Part shown: positions 12,311 to 26,400 of the stretch, one piece after another | Position numbering within the stretch: position 1 is the first letter of the stretch | Layout: the number at the start of each line of letters is the position of its first letter | DNA from: Tubiluchus corallicola | Lineage: Eukaryota > Animalia > Priapulida | Assembly (NCBI GenBank): GCA_030141605.1 | Contig: JAQGDQ010000046.1 | Span: 434,001-498,000, forward strand | DNA length: 64,000 bases | Direction of reading: 5' to 3' | Notes under the pieces: generated by a model | What the model was told of the DNA's origin: nothing | Seen by the model: the letters and a program-made list of their open reading frames with translations, nothing else | The model's database searches: none | Program-made: the position numbers and the translations under genes

Positions 12311-13069
12311 CATACAATCTTACCTACAAAAATGGATAACGAATCCTGACTACTGATACAGATGTAGATGCAGCTGTGTGATGTCTATATCGCCACAGCG
12401 CATGAAGATTTCAGGTTCTATACAGATAACTAACCACGTTGTGAGACACTACGTGCACAAGGCTTGTTAAAAGAACACATTTTTCTACAATTCAAGTTTA
12501 CTATCACCACTAAGGAAGTCACCATCATCATATTCCCCTTACTATAAACACTTGACAAACAGAACTCTAAAAAATGATGTCTGCCCTCAAGACGCGTAAA
12601 CATAGCAGTAAGCCTGCAAAAAACTAGACACTGCTATGCCAGTAGCTTGTCAGTACCACTTCCGAGTAACTAAGGAATTGTTGGATAATAACTCCGCAAG
12701 GCCTATGTACCACCCCGCTTAAGGAAGAATGCCTCGGTTCCTGGCCCAATTAGTTAATTATTGCAACTGCAAAAAAGGTTATTATGGTAAGCGCGAGCTG
12801 TGATCTGACAGGTCCTTTTTTTCATTACGTGTGACCATAAAATTATTATTTACAATCTTTGACAGGATAGCAGAATTGAAACATTTCAGAGTCCAAAATC
12901 TTCTACTTCTCAGAAAACAGAAACATTATACAAAGGTTAAAGAGTTCACAATAACAAACTGTCATTCAGTGTCAGTAAAAAAAAGATATGAAATGACTGA
13001 GCGGACCTTACAGAATTTTACAGAATTGTAACACTTCATTATGGTACTTGCAAAAAGTGATGTGTTTTC

Positions 13070-13330
13070 TTATTCATAAGCTTTTAAAATATTAAAACAA
13101 ATCTCAAATGCAAAATTACGATTCGTAATTGACTTTAAGGATGTAGGGTCTGCATTGCTGAGTCTTCTTCTAGTTTCAGCTGTTAAATGACAGTCCATTA
13201 AAACGTGCTTTTCAGTTTGGATTTCTCCACAATTACAAAGTCTGTGTCTTCTATCTACGTTACGCCGTCTATCAGTTTCTACTTTTAAATAACGCGCTTG
13301 GAGTCGCAATCGCGTATATGCAAGGCGGCA
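13070..13330 (-). mobile_element. Non-LTR retrotransposon ORF2 C-terminal (zinc-knuckle) remnant
   Basis: TRLRLQARYLKVETDR...RLCNCGEIQTEKHVLMDC fits the RxRLxxHxLxIExGR...RLCxxC...ExHxLxxC motif. Confidence 0.7.
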
Positions 13331-14019
13331 CATCTCAAGTGTTGATGTCAAGACCCATCCATGCAAATACCAAACAGCGTTGGTACCAATTTAACCCTTT
13401 TATGATAACTATTGTCGTGCCGGTCTTAGCTGCTTACTAACAATAGCTGTGTGACCTGGGTTGGGTATGGGTACTTCAGGAAATGCTTTACGGCGCGTTT
13501 TCTCGCGCCAACTTGACTCACCCGGAAATTCGCCAAGTAACTCGCAAGCGTGTTCACACTAAACAATAACTTGCAGGAAATCAATTCACAGGAAATGTCG
13601 GAGAGCGCAGTAACTTGCCGACAGTAACTCAGTCGCAAAGCAGTTCAAGATTACGCGCTCAGAGAGAAAACTCGCGACAGAAAACTCGCTAGTCAGAATG
13701 CACCGTTAATGACGCCATAGAGAATGAACACAGTTCTTCACCTCTGCGATAAACACCGGTTTTGCCACACAGTAAAAGGTAAGGCTGCTTGAGGCAGCAG
13801 CGTGGAAAGCAATAATATTTGTATAATCTGATTTGAACTTGCGGTAATCGTTCATTTCTGGACAAATTGTGAAAGTCCAGAAAGTCTAGCAAACTTCTCT
13901 GCGCCATTTCTGATGGGTATAGGTGGTGGATCCACTTCAGAACAGCAAGAGGCGATAGTCCGAAAAGGGAATCTGATGTTCTTTGACGGGTGTTTTCAGC
14001 TTAGGACGACAACTCTGTA

Positions 14020-14950
14020 CAAACGGCACATGAAATAAAATGGCACATGTATAAATGACAAAGGAAAAAATAAGACAAATATAAAAGAAGAGAAAATGGC
14101 ACATATCTTATTTTGATGCAATTGATTTCTATAATGAAACTAGAACGCCCTTAGTAGGAAGCTGATCTCTGCAAAAGTCGAACAATCCTAAACTCATTCG
14201 TCTGATTCTTTTGATTAAAAAAATTAAACACACAGATAAACAAGCAAACATACACAAATGTACCTGTATTGGTATTGTATATACTAGCAAAAGACCCACA
14301 AAACATTTGTTCACTAAATAGATTTATAATCAACAATGCACGAATGTTCCACAAAGAGTTCATCCAACTTTTTGGTATAACTGCGACGGTAATAGACTGA
14401 CAAATATATAGGTGTTTACTTACCAAGTCACTTGAAGCTGTACACAGCATTACACAGTTTCTCAAAATGGAACTGGAACGAACTCATAGTTGCTTCTTCT
14501 GGTGGACATGATTGAAAAGAAGTACTAAGCACTCCCTTGAAACCTCCATGAAGTGCTTCACGAATGCTTTTTTGTACGCGGTGTTCGGTTAAGTTACACG
14601 AAAAAACAACCGGCAAAAAGATTCCCTTTTGGTAATTGAATTGGCACCCGCCTTTCTTCACAGTTTCTTGGAAATCTGTTGATAGTTTTTGCGTAACATG
14701 CTTAGTGCCATAACAGACAAAAAACAACCAAAGAAATAGACAAACAAACAAACAAACAAACAAACAAACTGTGTTGAAGCATAACTTCCATGGCAGAGGT
14801 AAAGATAAAGAAAGATACGCTAATCCTAAACACATTTTAGGGAGCCATTTTCCTGAACCATTTTTACCTGTTTTTCCAGTTGTGCAATATTTTCCTGTGC
14901 CATTTTTACCGTTCCACTTTTTTCTGTGCCAGTTTACCTGCACGATTTTT
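14020..14950. mobile_element. Second foldback/MITE-like element with inverted degenerate arms
   Basis: AAA(A)TGGCACA repeats at 14020-14105 versus TGTGCCATTTTT/GCCATTTTCC repeats at 14844-14950; internal (AAAC)n at 14740-14769. Confidence 0.5.
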
Positions 14951-15194
14951 ACTTACATTCCCCGTGTACACCTAAACTATAAGTTACGCACGTTAATATT
15001 ATTTTCTGTCAAAAGTCTGGAAACAAAAAAGTGCCTGTTTTTCGAGTGAGTTCTAAAAATTTAGATTTAAATTTAGATCTACGTTTAGAGCTGAAGATTG
15101 AGATCGCGTGACCAACCTAGGTATTAACTGATTTCTAATCCACATGTTAATCTTTTTTTAAGGTTAATTTCTCATTATTTATTGTTATAACAAC

Positions 15195-15638
15195 CAGGCC
15201 CTATTTCAAGGGGGGGGGGAAGTGGGGATACTTCCCCAGGGCCTCACCCTCCAGGGGGGCCTCGCGTCGAGGTAACTTTTTTTGCCTTATGCGAACATAC
15301 TGCCTCTTCTCTCCCTCTCTCTTGCCGCACGAGCGCCGTTTGCCTTGTACGGCTCGGTGCCGATGTTCAGCTGTTTTCAATTTTGGAATTTCTAACACCG
15401 GCTTATACGGAAGTGAGAGTACGATATTACGTATTGCAAATATGTTGTTTTTGATTTGACTATTTGACAAGTATTAAGGACTTGTCTTGAGAATAAAGCA
15501 GTTTTTCTTTCAATTGTTCTTTCCTTTAACAACTGTATAACTCCATATTTTTTCTTAGAAAATGCTTCTTCGGCGCCCCCCCCCCCCACACACACACACG
15601 CACTTACCCGGGCCTCGCTTAGGCTGAAATAGGCCCTG
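15195..15638. mobile_element. hAT-type MITE
   Basis: TIRs CAGGCCCTATTTCA / TGAAATAGGCCCTG; flanks ATAACAAC / ATAATAAC (7/8, 8-bp TSD); G- and C-runs inside. Confidence 0.75.
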
Positions 15639-16397
15639 ATAATAACTATACTTGAGTAAAGTTGAATCAAAATCCGTATTTTGTTTTTGTGCGCTAGCGG
15701 CCTAGTGAATAATACAGATGCAAGAGTTGCTCTTGAATACCATCTGAGATTTAGAAGACTTCGTTTGAAAAGTGGAAAAGCGTCGTAGTATGAGTCCTTG
15801 TCTAAATGTCTAGTTTTTGGCTCTCGTGGGATTTGAATGCGTTTTTTAAAGTGACGGATTAAGACTAACTTGTGTGTTAATGTTTCTGGACATTTTTGGA
15901 CGACATACTGAAAACCTATACGAAAATCATAATGCTACATTCAAGTACAATACACCAATTTTTTACATTTTCTGGGTGCGTATTTGCAAAATCTATACCT
16001 TTACAATTCTATTTTCGCTTTATCTAGGTGATAATTATATTAATTTTACGTCAATCTATCCATGTGCACAACAGTATTGAACTGCTATATATAATACAGT
16101 CCACACATCATAAGCTCATGAAAAAAATTCTTGGCACTATGACACATGAATGCAATGAAATGCTCTATTTTTAAAAAGAATTTGAAAAGAAAATGATAGT
16201 AACAACAATAATGGCGGTAAAGGCGGTTATGTAGTGACAACAATTGCAAATGGTGGTGGTGGTGGTAATAGCAATGAATGACTGGCGCAGTCACTGTAAA
16301 GTACAAAAAGGCAAATACACAAAATTATTTAGCCAAAAAGTTTAGTTCTTTAATAAATAAATAAACTTAAATATGCTTCAACATTTGTTTTAGTATA

Positions 16398-17485
16398 TTA
16401 GGATATAGAATATCTATCATGTTCAGGAAATCCCGATGGACGAAAGATGCTTCGATTTGCCTGATAAGAGATTATTTTCTCCTCCTTTTTCTTAGTGAAA
16501 TAATTTCGAATGTGATCAACAATATCGTAGTCTGCTTTCTTATTTACCCACTCTTTCAATGCAGTCTGATGTGATTTTATTAAAATTACCCTAAAAGTGC
16601 AAAATAAAATTACCAAGGAAAGAAATATGAAAAAACACAAAAACAAGCGACCAAGTTCCACTTGAGACGCTTCAGTGGTATAGAATGTACCTGATCTGCG
16701 AATTAAGCACAATAGAGTGTACAGCGATTTAACATAGCTACTAAATTCTTCGCGTAAACTTACAAACAATAAAGAAAAGATTATTACAAAAGGTGCTATA
16801 ACTATTAATGACATGAAGCACAAATGTAATATAGGAGGTAAAGATAATGTTAAGGTAAACCAGCACACCGACATCAACTTGTTTAGCAATAACATATGCC
16901 ACAAGTTTATCATTACTACAAAAATGAGTATACCCAATATAACGGCAGCAGTCAGATCCCAAAATGCTGCCTCATAAAAGTTAACAAAACCAGACTGTTT
17001 TTCTTCAAAATTCTTTTCCAAAAGAGCACTAATAGTCCTTGTCCTCTTCACAAGAAGCACCACAAATGCAAAAGACAAAATTACTACACCCAAATGAGCA
17101 TAATTCCAAACATTATAAAAGTATGCAAAGCGTAATGCATTAAATTTCCTCACTTCTACACAAAGAAAGATAATTATAATAACAATGTAAACAACTTCAG
17201 TTGCTACAACTGATGCATCTAAAAATTTTTCGTATTTTGCTAAATCCATTGTGGAAATGCTGTAAAACGGCATCACTGTCCCTACACCAGTAAACTCCAC
17301 CATCAATACTACAATACTAAACAAATTTGTGTTGGAATTGAAAAGTGTAAATTCAATCATTAAAGCCCGAGTGCGATCATCTATCCATCGTGAGTTGATC
17401 AGAGATCCAATAATGGCTTTATTTTCAGCAGAATTGGAAGTCAGTTCCGTCACATAACCACCTCCACTGTACAAGGCAAATCTAC
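16398..17485 (-). CDS. PKD1-like last exon (end of TOP, S2-S6 channel domain, C-tail)
   Basis: GRFALYSGGGYVTEL...WIDDRTRALMIEFTLFNSNTNLF...YFYNVWN...ELGRLF...YDIVDHIRNYF...stop at 16398-16400. Confidence 0.95.
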
Positions 17486-20400
17486 CTAAATTGAAAATTA
17501 ATGATGTGATATTTTGTCTTTAGTATTTTTACATTTGTAGTTACGTCTGTTTACTGGCTAACTGACTTGTGTTCAGTCACTGAAAGAAAGACTCAAACCA
17601 CCAACTCAAGATCACTAACTTCGCTACTAAAATCTGTTTCCATCTGGTACTATAACTCACAAACTTATTACATTTTACAACTTTTGAATGGAAAACCTTT
17701 GACCTTAAAATGCCCTTTCAACACACCGACAACTCCACCTAAATCTGTCCACCATTTCGCACTTTATGTACCTCAGTTTTGGTTGCCCAATTTCTTTACT
17801 CTAGAGTTACAAATGACCTTGACACCAGCAAATTTAGGTCACCAACCAGGCGAGCCCCACCAAAATTTACACCAATTTGGTGCAATTCAAAGTGCTATTG
17901 CAAAACGTTTTGCACAGTGGCGTAGCTACAACTTGTGATGCCCGGGGCAGCACTTGAGTTTGGCGCCTCCCCCCCCCCAACAGAGGAGGAAAATTTTATT
18001 TTTGCAAAATTCAGCAGTGTTGCATTGTAGTAAGTTGTGGGGATAAATTGATAAAGCATTATAAAAAAATCGGTTTGTGAAGAAATAAATTCACCCTACA
18101 TGTTTCAAAACTGCTCAAAGGTTTTTCAAATGTTAACGCAGAAAAGAGTGCTATAATGATAGTTGAAGACCATTCAGGAGTGACTTCTAACACGGTGTTT
18201 AACGACGAATTTTGTGACAGTTGTTTGAAGTAAAGTAAAAGTTTAGTGTCAAAATTATTCCAAAGATAAAGTTGAGATTAGTGTTCGTAAATTAGTTTAA
18301 TAGATCCACAAGTAATTGCGCCAAACCAAGATACATTTTTAATTCACATTATGACGGAGATGTTCAAAAACGTTTAAACTACGTTGGTGAGCCAAAAAGC
18401 CACTGAATCATAATCGTTATTACGAAAATGACAATGTAATTGCAATGTCATCAGTGCTTTGGAAATCAAACGTGTTTTTAAGTACATCCTTAAGGTATTT
18501 AAGTACAACCCTAAAAAGCGCGCAAAATTTTACGTAAATTGCAGCTACAAACGTCATTATGTTGAATGTATTCTACTGTTAACTCAAAACGTGTACGGCG
18601 CAGACATTTTGAAAGCAGAGACAAAGTATGTTACAACTATACTAATTGTCATCTCCGCAAGCTCTGTTAACAGCATTTCCTTGAAAAATTAAATTGTCAG
18701 GTGTTTTGCATTTCTTTTGTTCTTGCATGATCAATATCTATAATTGCACTTGATCAAAATACTGCCCTCAAAAAAGTGCAGCCGGGGCGCTTCCGCCCCC
18801 CCCCCCAGCTACACCACCGGCAAAACAAGCTTTTTGTTTTCTGTTTGTTGCTTTTCTGTAGCACACACGGATGTCAATTCGTTGTTTTTTTGTTTCGTGC
18901 TTTTCGTCCACGTGCAAGGCTTCAAAGCATGAAGCCAACAAAATTTGACCCTGAATTTTATTATTATGTTAGTTGAAACTTTTTTGTTATGCATATTTGG
19001 ACAAAATTTTGAGAATGCATGATGCTAATATAACATGCAGTGAGTCTTGTGCTCAATGTAAGTTGTTTGCTTACTTGTTTATGTGGTATGTTACAGGGCT
19101 TCCCTTACGTTTTTTATGTGTATTCATTCATGATGCAGTAACAGCCAAAGTAAATTTTTGGGATTTATGCATCTATCTACTTACTTATCGATGCCAGACT
19201 TTTTTGTCCTCAGTTGATAGATATCGTTAATTATTCGTGTAGTGCAAAGTTTTTTGGTCTTTTTATTGACATATTACTGTGAAAGTGATAGTGCAAAGCT
19301 TGTTCCTCTTCATTTGATATATTTTATTACTACTTACTAGCAATTTGTTAGTGCAAAATGGTTTTTTCACTGTCATTTGTTACTATATAATTCTTATAAT
19401 GCTAGGAAATTAGTAGTACTAACTCTTGCTCTTTGTCACTTTATTTGTTATATACATTGCTAGAAACTTCGTAGTTTAGTTGTTTTTTATCTTTTGCCTT
19501 TTTTCACTATCTATATAGCTAAAATTCTAAAGCAAAGTTCTTTTATCGGCTTTTGCTTGATTGTCAGTAAATTACAGCGCAAAGATATTTTACTAAGTAA
19601 CTTTCAGTAACTTCTGCTGATCTATATCTTTAGGAAATTTTTCTCCAAAGTCTATCTCTGTTCATTGTTAGTAAATTAAAGTGCTAAGTTAGTTCTCTCG
19701 TGTATACGCAAAAACATCACGCTTATTTACACTAGGCCCTCATAACTTTGCTTTGGAGCATGCATAAGGCCTCTACAACATGTTCATATATGCGTGCACA
19801 TTAACTTTCCAATCAATTTCATTTGTGTATATACAATGTTGCTTCTCGTTGATTGTTTAGGTTAATATTTCTTGTGATTATTTTCACTATTTCATACTTG
19901 TTCTATAAATTTCTTAACTTTCGTGATTAAAGATACTTCAGTCAATACTATTACAATTTCGACGGGCAAATCTCATTTTAATTTAATTAGGGTAATGATC
20001 AATCTGTTATAATGCGTTATAATACGCTATAATGAATATACTTATCCCCTTCGCCCAACTATGTACTTTTCATGCACATTTGGATATGAAATAGTCCTTT
20101 TGTGGTTAGGTATTACATTTTATAATTACCTTCGCAACTGCGTATACTTTTCAGATTTCTGTGGTTAATCATGTTTTGTAAGCTAGGCGTTACTTTTAGT
20201 TGACCGACCAATTTGACTTCTCCCGAGTACTTTAGATTTTGCTTACTTTTGACAAAATAACAATTGTCCGCATCTTGTTCTGTTCAAACTACATAAATTA
20301 TCCTACTTGATATCCATTATAATTATTATGCTGTATTAGATGTACGCCTATATTAATCTAATTTATTGCTGACAGTTGTAAAATGTCGTTAACCTTGATG

Positions 20401-23400
20401 ATGCCTAAACGGATTCATATTGTCTGTACCCACTTATCGTGTTAATAGTAAACGTGTTCTGAATAATACGTCGTTTTCTGCAAATGATACTTCACTTGAC
20501 CTTACTGTTTTCGTTAATGTTAAGTTGTCATACCACATATACGGTATCTATCTGTAAAAGTCTTATGACTCTTGAATGCTCAGTATACAACTCATATGCC
20601 TCACATTTAACATATTTAGCTTCAGATCTTATTCTAGCTTTTACACATGTTTTCATTTTTTTCTACTCTTTTTTACCTTCACTTCGTTTCATCTTTCTCA
20701 TCATTCACCTTAATGGCTTCAAATTATGTTTAGTTTGTGACAGGACTGTGCGGGGTAATCAGCGTGGTGTGCTCTGTGATTGTTGCGGTCAATGGGTTCA
20801 CCTGAAATGTACGCCTTTGACATTGTCTGACTTCTTGAATCTGGGTAATGATCACAGTGACTGGTTTTGCGAATGCTGCCTTGAAACGATATTTCCTTTT
20901 AACTCTATTGTTGATGATGGCGAATTTAAATTTTATGCCCGTTTTTCAAATACTGGATCTATCATCGATAAAGACCTATTTAAACTGAATATATTAGACT
21001 TAATTGCTGACGACATTTATGATAATAACAGTGACAGTGATCTCGATAGACATATTTTCAATCATATGCATTCTAACCCTGACAGTAAATACTATGATGA
21101 AGATCAATTTCATTCGTTGCAGTCCAATTTAAAATATTCCAATCCATTTTCATTATAATTCATATTAATATTAGAAGTTTAAAATCTAATTTTGATCACT
21201 TTACTGACTGCATACTTACAAATTTTGCAATGTAACTCTCCAGTAATTCACTGAGACGTGGTTGATAGATGAGCTTAGGCAATCATTTTCTCTCCCAGGG
21301 TATAAACTTGTATGCGATAATACAAAAGTAAAAAGGGTGGTGGCGTGGCGTTGCTCATTCGGGAAGACTTGGTTTTTACAGTTATCACTGACTTATCACT
21401 CTGTGAGGATGAAATTGAAACTTTATTCGTTGAAATCCGAAGTAAAGCAAGTAAAAACATTGGGATTGGTGTTACCTACCGCCCAAGAGTAATAGTCCTA
21501 GTACTTTCCTTAATAAATTCATGTATCTGTTAAATACTAATAATCTTCAGTCTAAACACTTGTTTTTACTAGGTGACTATAATTTAAATCTTTTAAAATT
21601 TTTCAACCATTCTGATACAAAAATTTTCTTAGATAATATGTTAGCTAATTACTTGTTTCCGCTTATCACCGGACCTACCAGAATAACTGATACATCTGCA
21701 ACTCTGATTGATAATACATTTTATAATATTATTGATTTACCAATCTTTGCTTTGTTTAACCTTAATTTGCCGATTTTAAACAAATCTGCCTTTACAAAAT
21801 ATCCGTATAATCACAACATTAAACTGAATTTAATTACTGACTTGAATAGTAACAATTGGGATGATATCTTGGCGTGCAATGATGTTAATGACGCAACAAA
21901 TTTATTTTTAGACCAGTTTCTTGATGATTACTTTTCACATGTTAAACCAAAACATACTGATATTAATTTATCTAAAATAAAAAAGCTTGGTTACTCAGGA
22001 ACTATTAAGCTCTATTAAGCACAAAAATAAAATGTATAAAAAGTTTGTAACACAACATCCAAAAAATCACAAGTTTTCTAGTGAATATAAGAAGTGCCGC
22101 AATCGCCTAAGAGGTTTAATTAAGAAATCTAAATTTGATTACTACAAAAATAAACTTGAAGCTTATAAAAACAAAATAAAAAACAGGGTGTGCTGTGAAC
22201 GAATTTTAAATAGACATAAATCAAACTCCCACGTTAGAATTAAAATCAATAACAAATTAATCATTAATTAAAATATCAAAAAATGTTGGCATTATTTCCC
22301 ACATCAAGTACAGTCTTTCAATGGTTCATCTCATAACGTTATATAATTCTTTAATTCTACCCTATTTAAATTTTGCTTGTATTCTTTGGGGCTCCACTTA
22401 CCCCTCAAATTTAAATACACTTCAATCTTTACTGTCTTTTTAAATTTTGTACAATTTTTAAGCAACACTTTAAAGATAGTAATCTATTAACAATTGATGA
22501 CCTTGTTAAGTACAATATTGCGGTATTTATGCACAAGACACACTTTAATTTGTTTCCACATTTTTTCATAAATCTTATAAACAAAAATATCAAAGGGCAT
22601 AATACTAGGTATAATGAATATTATGTCAGATATTGCAGAACCAACGTTGCTAAACATTTTATTTCTTTTGTAGGTCCCAATGTTTGGAATTCTATTTCTT
22701 GTAATGTCAGAACAGTATCATGTCAACTTAGATTTAAGAAGGAGATGAAAACATGTCTCTTAAATACATATTAGGTGGACTTGGTCTTCACCTTTTCTTG
22801 CTATATTGTGTTTACCACGTTGGTTGCCATTCAAAGTCTGTCCCTGTATACATAAATGACTTATCATGCTACAGCCATTTCATTGCATTTTCATCATTAT
22901 CACCTCATCGTTTTCTTAAATTTGTTTAATAATTTTTAGCTTTTTTTCTTCTATTCTACTTACATTACTTACGCCCTAATTTTTCTAATTTTACCGTCAT
23001 GTCGTCCTTTTCATCTCTTTGCAGCTGAGCTTTACAAGTTCCAGCTTTTAGCTCAGCTGCAAGCAGTTACATCATTTGTTCACTTATAATTGACAAGTAA
23101 TCGTAGTAATTCTTGTTTTCAGTTTGTATAATTGTATGTAGTATCTTATTATGTAATTGTAATGGTGTTTTGTCTAATAAATATAATAAAGAATAAATAT
23201 AATGTCAGAGTTGACAGGTCTGCAATTAGGTTTTTAGAAAACATTAAAGCTAGCACTAGACAATAAGGATTTTTTAAACAAATGCATGTTTAGAATAAAT
23301 TATTTTATCAGTTGTATACATCGGCTGCACAATATTTAATAAGTGCTGAAATTAGTTTATTTTTTCAATTTGTCATGATACATTCCAAGACACTGAAAAA

Positions 23401-26400
23401 CGTTGCCATGTGCAGAGTGGAAAATAAACTATATCACACTTTGTAAACTTTCTTTAAGCTGCATTGGAATATAAATTTTGTGAACGTTAATAAGACAATA
23501 TAATCTCACCCGAAAGTACAGGGGTCCATAATTCCAGACTAGATTGGAATGTCCAATGGTCAGGAGGATGTCGTGGATATTGACGATACCGCCACCCAGA
23601 GTAGTAAGAATTAGTATCTTGTAAATGCCAGTAATAATCACCCACGCACTTTCGGCCATACGGTTGTAACATGGGGATTATAGAACATAGGTCTAGTTAA
23701 AAATAATAGTTTAGTTTCATCAATAAGACCCAACAAGTGCCAGTAATGTTACATAAGTGGCACACTTAAATTTCAACAAACAAATTTGACGATGAATGTA
23801 CTGTAACAGAATTTTATCAAACCAGAAATAATTTGTCTTATTTTTTTGTATTTCTATCAACAGTTATCCTACCATAAATATGTAGGATATTTTCTATTCT
23901 ACTTTCTATGCGTGTTTACGCATAAGATGCCCTTATGTCTATTAGTCTCATCTAAACTCACTTACTTGTTGTTGTTTAACAGTTCTGATAACCTACGTAA
24001 GAGAATCGGCAAGACGCACCTGGCTGCACTCGTAGTTGACGCAATCGGATAACTCCCACTAATCTTGTGACTAGATCTGCAGCAAATCCAAGTGGTGGTG
24101 GCCGGTTGTTATAAAGAGTTTCTGGTGACAAACTTGGTAGCAAAGAGTTTTGTATGTAATCCCACATACTTGAAACATTTCTTATCTGAACAGATGTAAA
24201 TGAACTTGTATATTTGTTTATATGCATAATAAATAGACTGATAAAGAATAAGAATTGATATAAGCAACAAGAATATAAAAATAACGACAGTGCACATACG
24301 TGGGTCATTGTGGATCAATAGACTATGGAAATAGATTTTTTGTACTTAAAATTAATATGTTTAGTTGATTACTTGTTCACATGTATCTGCTTAACCCACA
24401 AAAAAGCAAGAACCAATACCCAAATGCAGATGGACAATGTGCACAACATAATATGAAGCCTGCAAGAGTATTACACAAAATACAATAACTTTAAATAATA
24501 ATAATAATAATAATAATAACAACAATAATAAATAGTTTCTGTTTAACAGTAATCTGTATGAACAAGTTGACGATGTGGCAATGGGATCACTATTGGGCCC
24601 AACAGTAGCCAATGCCTGTTTTGCTACCAGGAAAAGTGTTGACTTAGAGATTGTCCTGGTGAGTGTAAGCCTACCTGTTTTCGTTTTTACACTATTTGAA
24701 TAACCAGTAACATACGGTTCACAATTAAGTGCGAAGAGAATCACACCTTGCTATTTTTGCATGTATCTGTTCTTGTGTCAGTGCACAGTTTGTTACCTCG
24801 GTATACCAGAAAAGTACTTTTTCAGGCCCCTACACTAAAGTGGACAGTTTCATCCTGATGTGGTACAAAATTGACTAAAAACTTACCCTCACAGGTAGAG
24901 TATCTGTTCATCATATGCTTCATTTGATAACGGCATAAAGGAATTGGGAATTATGCAGAATTATAGTGAAATATGGTTATAGTTGTAATTAGTTTCACAG
25001 AGCGGAAAGTTGCTAAGGCAAATTCTTGACAGCTGAATTTGGCCAGATACAGTCAGTACAGAATGCAGAAAAGAAAACTACGTACCTCTGCCAGCATGCA
25101 CTAATTACTATGAATACTAAACTAGAAATATGTTTGACAAGTTTTTGTTTCCCTATATAAGGGTCCGAAGAGTTTTTCGAAAAATTACATGGATTTCAAA
25201 TACTCTTATAATTGTAAATGTTGCCTCAAAATCTACACTGGCAAAATATCCCGCCACTTGGAGGTACTCGAGTTTGAGCAATGGAGACAATCTTTGGAAA
25301 CTGTAAACAGCTGCAAACAATGTAGCATCCTGCTTTTGCCTACATTGTTCTAAGTTTGTCTATATTTTCAAAATTTTAGACTCAGTAAATTCCTTATTCA
25401 ACTAACTGATTTAAGAAACATTACTTATTGAAAAAGTGCAGCCTACTATGAATCATTACACATGGTCCGCTCCACTGAAGCTGTTCTGAGCTGGTCCTGG
25501 GAAATATCACAAACTGCACAGTGATCTTGAGAAGATATCCCATCTTGTCATTTTCAACAAATTTGTTCACAATTGTCGAAATATATAATTGTGGCATTAT
25601 TTAATTAATTTTTCTCTTCTACATACACATCACCACAGGTTAACATCTTACTTTGTTTCATTTAATGGCAACTCTTACTAAAATACGATTCTTGTCACTG
25701 TTAATGTTGTTATTAAAGTTGCAATAATTTATGTAATATACTTCTAAATGCTGAATCATTAGGCAAATAAAGATGTGAACAATGTCTCTCACTATATTTG
25801 AGTGCTGGTTTTTTATTCAAGCTTCAATTCCCCAGCCACAAATTTGTTAGCCCATGTATACCTTCAAACACCAAAACTAGAGTACATATAACCAGAAAGG
25901 GAAGGCAGAAAATATATGTTTGTTATTTTAGATGAATTTAAAGGTCCACTGACACCTTGGTAGACACTTGCTGTCAAAATTCACTGCTGACTAGCGTGAC
26001 ACAAAAAAGCAGCTTGTTTGTTTATAAACTTCCATGCTTTGCTTTGGTTAGAATGAAAACACTTCAAATTTAGTACTGCAAAGGCATTTAGCGAAAAGCA
26101 AAAAAATTAGGAAGAACGCAGAAGTGATGTCCCACAAGTAACGACACTGCGCATGTGTGACTCTCACTGTATTTAAATGTGGGCAAGTCAAGCAGTAAAC
26201 AAGTAATGAAGAGAGACTGGGGTACTCACTGAAGGCATTTTAGACCAATCATAGTCCACACTTACTTGAATGCACTATATTTCATAGATGAAAAGACTAT
26301 TAGTAACAAGTTACAATGTGTCAAAGTTTTAGCATGACATCACAGGTATTTCATGCTGGGCTGCTTTCTTGTTCATTTTCTGTTTTCTGATCAGATCATT

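Noticed and set aside
14428-15049. 171-aa and 92-aa ORFs in the track
   Set aside because: They are translations of repeat arms and the (AAAC)n microsatellite, with no protein motif
20484-21158. 224-aa PHD-finger ORF as a nested host gene
   Set aside because: It continues into APE endonuclease and LINE motifs with frameshifts, so it is a retrotransposon part
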